DNA of 64,000 nt from a virus. The notes beneath the pieces were generated by a model. That model made no database searches, was not told the origin of the DNA, and worked only from the letters and a program-made list of their open reading frames with translations. Location: positions 2,507 to 66,506 of IMG/VR virus record IMGVR_UViG_3300017917_003093. One strand, given 5' to 3'. Shown piece after piece: positions 58,084 through 64,000 of this stretch (positions are counted from its first letter, which is position 1; every line of letters begins with the position of its first letter). The translations under genes were made by a program, and so were the position numbers.

Positions 58084-58430
58084 TGCTTATCCGCGAGTTT
58101 GCGTCTGATAACACTGTCAAAGGTCAAGACCGATTGCTGGCCTTGGCCACGTTTCTCAAGGATCGAGCTTCTGACGAGGATGCCCGGGCACAGATCAGTC
58201 AAGATGCATTCATTGAAGCAGCCAAGAGTCTTGGCATCAATGTGACCACAGAAAATTTAGCAGACATCGTCGCACAAGAACCTCTCAAAAATGTGTTGGA
58301 ACCCATCGAGCCTGCTTCGAGCGTGATACGTTTCAAGGGCAACACCGAGGCCCAAACTGGCATGAGTGTGGATCAAGCGCGAGCTGTGGTCGATGCCAAT
58401 GCCAAACAGGCCATGAAACGGCGCATGTAA
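58083..58430 (+). CDS. hypothetical protein, putative internal protein
   Basis: MLIREF N-terminus; TAATG overlap. Confidence 0.65.
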   Translation: MLIREFASDNTVKGQDRLLALATFLKDRASDEDARAQISQDAFIEAAKSLGINVTTENLADIVAQEPLKNVLEPIEPASSVIRFKGNTEAQTGMSVDQARAVVDANAKQAMKRRM

Positions 58431-58445
58431 TCCAACCAAAATCGG

Positions 58446-58474
58446 TTGTAAATATCCATAAAGTATGTTATAAT
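58446..58474 (+). promoter_or_regulatory. sigma70-type promoter of iscU with embedded TAAATA
   Basis: TTGTAA-N17-TATAAT with TG extension; AAGGAG SD. Confidence 0.7.
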
Positions 58475-58492
58475 AACTCAAGGAGTTGATTT

Positions 58493-58948
58493 ATGGCTTA
58501 TTCTGAACAAGTAATCGATCATTATGAAAATCCACGCAACGTGGGCTCATTTGAAAAAGGCGACGATAGCGTAGGTACCGGCATGGTGGGTGCGCCTGCT
58601 TGCGGTGACGTAATGAAACTACAAATAAAGGTTGACCATGATACAGGTATTATTACAGATGCAAAATTTAAAACGTATGGCTGCGGATCGGCTATCGCAA
58701 GCTCAAGCCTTGTCACAGAGTGGGTCAAAGGAAAAACACTTGACGAAGCAGGAGAAATTAAAAACTCCGCCATCGCAGAAGAACTAGCATTGCCGCCAGT
58801 TAAGATTCACTGCTCCATCCTGGCCGAAGATGCCATCAAGGCGGCCATAGAAGACTATCGCAAAAAGCATCCTGTGGATGAACTTGAAGAGTATCGTCGT
58901 CAGGCACAGGCTCTGTGGAATGATTCTTGCACTTCGCCACGAGCATGA
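58493..58948 (+). CDS. iscU: Fe-S cluster scaffold IscU
   Basis: YSEQVIDHYENPRNVG, GAPACGD, KTYGCGSAIASSS, LPPVKIHCS. Confidence 0.97.
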   Translation: MAYSEQVIDHYENPRNVGSFEKGDDSVGTGMVGAPACGDVMKLQIKVDHDTGIITDAKFKTYGCGSAIASSSLVTEWVKGKTLDEAGEIKNSAIAEELALPPVKIHCSILAEDAIKAAIEDYRKKHPVDELEEYRRQAQALWNDSCTSPRA

Positions 58949-59274
58949 TCAATATCACAGACACAGCCGCTACTAAGATAAAAGAAAACATCACCCGACG
59001 CGGTCGCGGGCTGGGCATCAAGATTGGTGTAAAAACTACTGGTTGTTCGGGATTGGCCTATGTGCTTGAATACGTTGACCAAGAACAAGGAAGAGAACAC
59101 TGCATGGCTCACTATGACATCAATGGTGTGCGAGTCTATGTAGATCCCAAGCATGGCCCTTATCTACAAGGCATGACCATGGATTGGATACGGCAAGGTC
59201 TCAATGAAGGCTTTGATTTTATCAACCCTAATGAACGCGACCGCTGTGGTTGCGGAGAAAGTTTCCGAGTTTAA
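58945..59274 (+). CDS. iscA: Fe-S cluster carrier IscA
   Basis: TTGCSGLAY, F.NPN...CGCGESF. Confidence 0.95.
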   Translation: MINITDTAATKIKENITRRGRGLGIKIGVKTTGCSGLAYVLEYVDQEQGREHCMAHYDINGVRVYVDPKHGPYLQGMTMDWIRQGLNEGFDFINPNERDRCGCGESFRV

Positions 59275-59275
59275 T

Positions 59276-59986
59276 TTGTATAATCCTCGATTTGACTATC
59301 GGCCCTTGAGCAGAGTCACAGAAGACGGTCGTAGACTCTACGACACTCCCGGAGGCAAACTGCCCAGTGTCACTACAATCTTAGACCGCACTAAGCCTGA
59401 AGAAAAGAAACAAGCTCTCAATGAATGGCGCAACCGTGTAGGGCATGCTCAAGCTCAAGCCATCACCACAGAAGCTGCCAACCGTGGCACCAGGATGCAT
59501 ACATATCTTGAGCATTATGTAAAAACAGGGCAGATCCGAGAAGCCGGAACCAACCCGTATGCATGGGCCAGTCATGCCATGGCACAAACAGTGATCGATC
59601 AAGGATTGAAAAATGTCGATGAATTCTGGGGAGTTGAAATACCCTTGTACTATCCGAAGCTTTATGCAGGAACTAGCGACGGTGCTGGTATACATCTTGG
59701 TAGCGAAAGCATCCTAGATTACAAACAAACCAACAAGCCCAAGCGCCGAGAATGGATCGAGGACTACTTCCTTCAACTGGTAGCCTATGCTCTGGCACAC
59801 AATGAAGTCTACGGAACAAAAATACGCAAGGGCGTGGTCTTGATGTGTGTCAAACCCGAAACTGATGACCAGTTCAATATTATCAAGCCACCCGAGTACC
59901 AAGAGTTTGTGTTGGAAGAACGAGATTTTGATTATTGGGAACAACAGTGGTGGAAAAGGCTGGAACTATATTACCTGCAGGCATGA
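59276..59986 (+). CDS. PD-(D/E)xK exonuclease
   Basis: LPSVTTIL, RGTRMH, YAGTSD, DYKQT, Q..AY; probable TTG start 59276. Confidence 0.85.
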   Translation: MYNPRFDYRPLSRVTEDGRRLYDTPGGKLPSVTTILDRTKPEEKKQALNEWRNRVGHAQAQAITTEAANRGTRMHTYLEHYVKTGQIREAGTNPYAWASHAMAQTVIDQGLKNVDEFWGVEIPLYYPKLYAGTSDGAGIHLGSESILDYKQTNKPKRREWIEDYFLQLVAYALAHNEVYGTKIRKGVVLMCVKPETDDQFNIIKPPEYQEFVLEERDFDYWEQQWWKRLELYYLQA

Positions 59987-61092
59987 CGCATAGTTATTGC
60001 GCAGCTCCTTTCAACAGCGTCAGAGTCGAAGCCACCAGCCACAATCAATCTCGCTATCGACCCTGTTGCATGTATCAAGGACAACAGACCTACAACAACA
60101 TCCAGCAATATCTACACAGCCCTGAACTACAACAACTCCAACAGCATTTTTTAACCCAGGATTCGTTGCCTCCGGGATGTCAGGCCTGTCAGAATCAAGA
60201 ACAGCAAAATCAGATCAGCTGGCGCCAGCATTTCAACAACAAGTTTGGCGATAAAAAACAACTCTCACAACTGGAAATGTTTCCAGGTAATGTGTGTAAT
60301 CTACGATGTTTCATGTGCAACGACAACTACAGCACCGCGTTGGGAGCCGAACGCACCAAGTTGAATTTCATTGACAGTTACCAAGAGATCGACAATGTAG
60401 ATGCTTGCATGGATTCCATAGCCAATCTATCTCAACTGACCGACATCAGTTTTATTGGTGGAGAGTTTTTCCTGACCAAAAAAAACCTCGACATACTGGA
60501 TCTTGTGATTGAAAAACAACTGGGAGTCCGAGTAGTCACTAATGGTACCATACTGTTGCCCGATCACATGTCTCGTTTGAAACAGATCTCAAGACTAGAA
60601 CTACAGATCAGTATAGATGGCACGCATGATAACTATGAGTTCATGCGCTACCCGGCGCAATGGGATCAAGTGGAAGAAAACATCCAACGCATCAAACATG
60701 AACTGACCCACGCCCAGGTAAATTTTAACTTTGTAGTCCAGCCATTGAACGTGCAGTACATGATATCCACCATGGACTATGCCAACCGATTGATGATACC
60801 CATAAGACTGACAAATCTCGTGGATCCTGCTTGGTTGACCTGGACCATCTTGGATCAACAGGAAAAAGCCGTGTTGATTGATCTGTTGCAATCGCAAGTG
60901 AGTCAGCATAGACTAACCACCCGACAGCAACAAACAGTTGAGGATTATCGGCAGACCATAGCACATACAGCCATGTCAGCACAAGATCGCTTGATTTTTC
61001 AGCAAAAAATGAAGGCCACACTAAAACACCGCGGTATTCCACCGCAAAAAGTCCAGCAACATCTGGGCTGTATCAGCAGTCTGTTGGTTTGA
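59983..61092 (+). CDS. radical SAM protein with N-terminal SPASM/twitch-like Cys domain
   Basis: CAAPF...PCC...CQAC; CNLRCFMC; IGGEF; TNGT; SIDG; ATGA overlap. Confidence 0.9.
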   Translation: MTHSYCAAPFNSVRVEATSHNQSRYRPCCMYQGQQTYNNIQQYLHSPELQQLQQHFLTQDSLPPGCQACQNQEQQNQISWRQHFNNKFGDKKQLSQLEMFPGNVCNLRCFMCNDNYSTALGAERTKLNFIDSYQEIDNVDACMDSIANLSQLTDISFIGGEFFLTKKNLDILDLVIEKQLGVRVVTNGTILLPDHMSRLKQISRLELQISIDGTHDNYEFMRYPAQWDQVEENIQRIKHELTHAQVNFNFVVQPLNVQYMISTMDYANRLMIPIRLTNLVDPAWLTWTILDQQEKAVLIDLLQSQVSQHRLTTRQQQTVEDYRQTIAHTAMSAQDRLIFQQKMKATLKHRGIPPQKVQQHLGCISSLLV

Positions 61093-61145
61093 TATCGCAG
61101 TACCCAAAACTGATAAATACCCAATAGAATCCAAGGACAACAAAC

Positions 61146-62738
61146 GTGGCCATTGTACAGATATCACAAATCACTAACCGCAAAGGTTTAGCCGAAAATT
61201 TACCGCAGCTGGCCGGTGCCGAGCTGGGGTGGAGCACAGACACCCGACAACTATGGATCGGTAATGGTACACTAGAGGATGGTGCGCCCGTGATTGGCAA
61301 CACCGAGATCCTTACAGAATTTTCCGATATATTAAACTTTACCAATACCTATACCTACAAAGGGCAGGCAGCAGGATATGTGGTACAGACCGGCCCTACC
61401 GCTGGCACGCCCGTGACACAGAGCCTACAGACATGGCTGGATCAGTTTGCCACGGTCAAAGACTTTGGCGCCACCGGTGACGGAGTCACCGATGATACTG
61501 CTGCGATAAATCGTGCGTTGTATCAACTGTTCTGTCGAGAAGTTAATCCACAAATTCGCCGAAGCTTGTTTTTTCCAGCTGGTGTTTATCGTGTGACCAG
61601 CGCCATCAAGATTCCGCCTTACGCTACCTTGTACGGCGAAGGCAGCGACAACTCAGTCATTACCATGGACAATGGAGTAGATGATTATGTGGCACGCACA
61701 GCGGACAGTCTACAGAATGTAGGCGTCAATATTGGCGATGGTGGGGCTACACCTCCCCAATACATAACTGTCACTAACATGGGATTTTCTCATCTTGATC
61801 CAACCAAGGATGTGTTTTTGGTCGAAGACGCCAGTGATTGCATATTCCAAAACGTGAGCTTCCAAGGAGCTTCTACAGAAGCAGATCTTGATTCCGACAT
61901 TAATGGTAGCATTGGCGTGAGTTTTGCCAGCACATCCGCTCTAGTGTGTCAAGAAATCATTTTTGATTCCTGTGAGTTTAGAGGACTGGTTTGGGGTGTT
62001 TATACCAACCAACAGATCAAAGGTGTGACCATATCCAAATCACACCTTGACACTCTGTATCGAGGCATAGTGTTAGGTCAGGCGGCTGTGACCAATGGAG
62101 GACCCACTGGCACACGCATAGTAGGCAACATGTTTGACAATGTCTATGCCGAAGGCATCATATTTGGCACGAACTTGGTCTTGGGTATCAATGCCAGTGG
62201 GCACAACGTCTTCTATGATGTGGGCAACCATTTTACTGGAAGCGCCGGAACTCCGGCTACTAGTATCATCAGCATACAGAGCAACAACAATGTCAGCATC
62301 GGTGATCTATTTGAACGTACCGATTCATTCTCTCTCACGTTTCCCCGAGTGGATCTCAACGACACTGTCAGTATTGCTACCACCAATGGTTCTCAGCTGA
62401 GCCTGGGTACCTACACTCGCAAGAGTGGTGTGCTAGACACCTTGGTCAACAATGACACAGGCACCATATTTGAACTGGATGCCAACAAAGTCAAAGCATT
62501 CATGGTGGACTATACCTTGACACGCACTGTGTCCTATCGTACAGGAACCATAGTTGTGGCCACCGATGTTGGTGATTCCAGTGCCGGTCTGGATGTCACC
62601 GATGACTTTGTGGAAAACAACAATCTCGGCGTTGAGCTGACTGTGAATCAAAGTGGAGATGTGATCAGTTTGGATTACTCTACTACCAACACAGGCAACA
62701 ACGCCACCATCAGCTACTCCATAACCTATCTAGCTTGA
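61146..62738 (+). CDS. tail/baseplate fibre-like protein with pectate-lyase-like beta-helix
   Basis: TAAATA 61114; N-terminal L..AELGWSTDTRQLWIGNG; VKDFGATGDGVTDDTAAI, LFFPAGVY. Confidence 0.8.
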   Translation: MAIVQISQITNRKGLAENLPQLAGAELGWSTDTRQLWIGNGTLEDGAPVIGNTEILTEFSDILNFTNTYTYKGQAAGYVVQTGPTAGTPVTQSLQTWLDQFATVKDFGATGDGVTDDTAAINRALYQLFCREVNPQIRRSLFFPAGVYRVTSAIKIPPYATLYGEGSDNSVITMDNGVDDYVARTADSLQNVGVNIGDGGATPPQYITVTNMGFSHLDPTKDVFLVEDASDCIFQNVSFQGASTEADLDSDINGSIGVSFASTSALVCQEIIFDSCEFRGLVWGVYTNQQIKGVTISKSHLDTLYRGIVLGQAAVTNGGPTGTRIVGNMFDNVYAEGIIFGTNLVLGINASGHNVFYDVGNHFTGSAGTPATSIISIQSNNNVSIGDLFERTDSFSLTFPRVDLNDTVSIATTNGSQLSLGTYTRKSGVLDTLVNNDTGTIFELDANKVKAFMVDYTLTRTVSYRTGTIVVATDVGDSSAGLDVTDDFVENNNLGVELTVNQSGDVISLDYSTTNTGNNATISYSITYLA

Positions 62739-63151
62739 TCTGGCCCGCTACATTTGCTTCTCGATTGGATCAATGGAATCGTTTGCGCCAGCGGGCCCAA
62801 TCTTTCCCACCCCAAACTGCCTTGGAGCACATCAATCAATGGTGGTTCCAAGCACCCTGGCGTCCGTATTATCTACATTGGGATGATCAAGACACTTGGC
62901 CCGATCCTTGGCAGCTTTTGAGCGATGACGTCTACTGTGAAGTTGCTCGCGGGCTAGGAATCCTGTATACTATAAGTTTGTTGGACCGTGCAGACTTGGC
63001 ACCTGCAGACTTGGTTTTGACTGAGTCTGGGCACAATTTAGTCCTGGTGGACCAGGCAAAATATATATTGAATTGGGAATCGAACAACGTCGTAAATACC
63101 AGCCAAGAACTAAAAATCAAACGGCAATACCAGCAACACCCTATTATCTAG
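62735..63151 (+). CDS. hypothetical protein, possible transglutaminase-like Cys protease fold
   Basis: WPDPWQLL...YCE...GHNLVLV...ILN; TTG start. Confidence 0.5.
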   Translation: MIWPATFASRLDQWNRLRQRAQSFPPQTALEHINQWWFQAPWRPYYLHWDDQDTWPDPWQLLSDDVYCEVARGLGILYTISLLDRADLAPADLVLTESGHNLVLVDQAKYILNWESNNVVNTSQELKIKRQYQQHPII

Positions 63152-63188
63152 CAACAAGCGGTAAAAATTTAAACAATACGAGAGACGG

Positions 63189-64000
63189 ATGACGCAAATT
63201 ACAGTTGTAAAAAGAAGCGGCGCTAAAGAGCCACTGCAAATCGACAAGTGGCAGGCTCAGGTCGCAAAAGTTTGTCAAGGCATTGCTGACGTAAGTCAGA
63301 GCATGATAGAGATCAAGGCACAGTTACATTTTTATGATGGTATAACCACGGAAGAAATCGATGGGATTACTCTGCGGGCCATTGTGGATCTCATTGATGT
63401 AGAGGCCAATCCTGATGTGGGGCATACCAACTATCAGTTTGTAGCCGGCAAACAACGCCTCAGCATGTTGCGCAAAGATGTGTATGGTTCATACCAGCCA
63501 CCACATCTCTACGAAATCGTAAAGAAAAATGTCCAGGTAGGGTTGTACACTCCGGAACTTCTTGAGTGGTACACGGAGGATGACTGGAACCGTATGAATG
63601 ATATCATTGATCATGACAAGGACGAACAGTATTCATATGCAGCCATCGAACAACTTATTGAGAAGTATCTTGTACGCAATCGCGCTTCGAAGGAGATCTA
63701 TGAGACTCCACAAGTTAGGTATATGGTCGCGGCCGCTACGGTCTTTCATAAGGAAGAACCTCAATCGACACGTATGCGTTACATCAAAGAGTACTACAAC
63801 TGTGCGTCAGATGGTCTATTTACTCTTGCTACACCTGTGCTGGCTGGTCTTGGCACTCCAACTAAGCAGTTTTCTAGTTGTGTTCTTATCCGCAGTGACG
63901 ACGATCTGGATAGCATATTTGCTAGTGGGGAGATGATGGCCAAGTATGCGGCCAAGCGAGCCGGCATCGGCTTGGAGGTTGGTCGTCTACGTCCACTTGG
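63189..64000 (+). CDS. nrdA: class Ia ribonucleotide reductase alpha subunit with ATP cone (truncated by window edge)
   Basis: Manual translation: MTQITVVKRSG...KYLVRNR...YETPQ...LATPVLAGLGTPTKQFSSCVLI..DDDLDSI...AGIG. Confidence 0.95.
   Translation, partial: MTQITVVKRSGAKEPLQIDKWQAQVAKVCQGIADVSQSMIEIKAQLHFYDGITTEEIDGITLRAIVDLIDVEANPDVGHTNYQFVAGKQRLSMLRKDVYGSYQPPHLYEIVKKNVQVGLYTPELLEWYTEDDWNRMNDIIDHDKDEQYSYAAIEQLIEKYLVRNRASKEIYETPQVRYMVAAATVFHKEEPQSTRMRYIKEYYNCASDGLFTLATPVLAGLGTPTKQFSSCVLIRSDDDLDSIFASGEMMAKYAAKRAGIGLEVGRLRPL

Noticed and set aside
59276-59986. Cas4-like nuclease as part of a CRISPR system
   Set aside because: No cas genes or array; lacks the Cas4 Cys cluster; typical stand-alone phage exonuclease
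61146-62738. Diversity-generating retroelement target (Mtd-like N-terminus)
   Set aside because: No reverse transcriptase and no template/variable repeat pair visible in the window
63598-63936. 112-aa ORF in the track
   Set aside because: Out-of-frame overlap with nrdA, which the track missed because it lacks a stop in the window
1-64000. Stop-codon reassignment
   Set aside because: Core genes are full length in the standard code and TAA, TAG and TGA all terminate genes

Overview
This 64-kb window is a gene-dense segment of a large, uncultured-type T4-superfamily myophage using the standard genetic code. I see no tRNA, CRISPR array, integrase or reverse transcriptase. It holds a virion module (gp15-, gp14- and gp13-like neck/tail-completion proteins, an enlarged 1109-aa tail sheath, tail tube, gp4-like nuclease, large terminase) and a recombination/replication module (gp32 SSB, UvsX, UvsY, UvsW, primase, gp41 helicase, an SRC-motif AAA+ ATPase, a gp62-like protein and a 193-aa miniature family-C DNA polymerase). 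It also holds a ~10-kb glycan-synthesis island with five paralogous KpsS/KpsC-like proteins, three radical-SAM enzymes, IscU/IscA, and the 5' part of nrdA. Four non-obvious signals stand out. (1) Many genes start 4-7 nt behind a TAAATA late-promoter box or an extended -10 box, implying largely leaderless mRNAs. (2) Several proteins carry T4-internal-protein-like capsid-targeting N-termini and repeated [LVIM]xE motifs, suggesting packaged polyproteins; one is a Pol-beta nucleotidyltransferase/ATP-dependent ligase fusion. (3) The mini-PolC keeps all three catalytic aspartates. (4) A 49-aa collapsed GIY-YIG endonuclease remnant is retained in front of a late gene. All functional calls come from motif recognition by eye; no database search was run.
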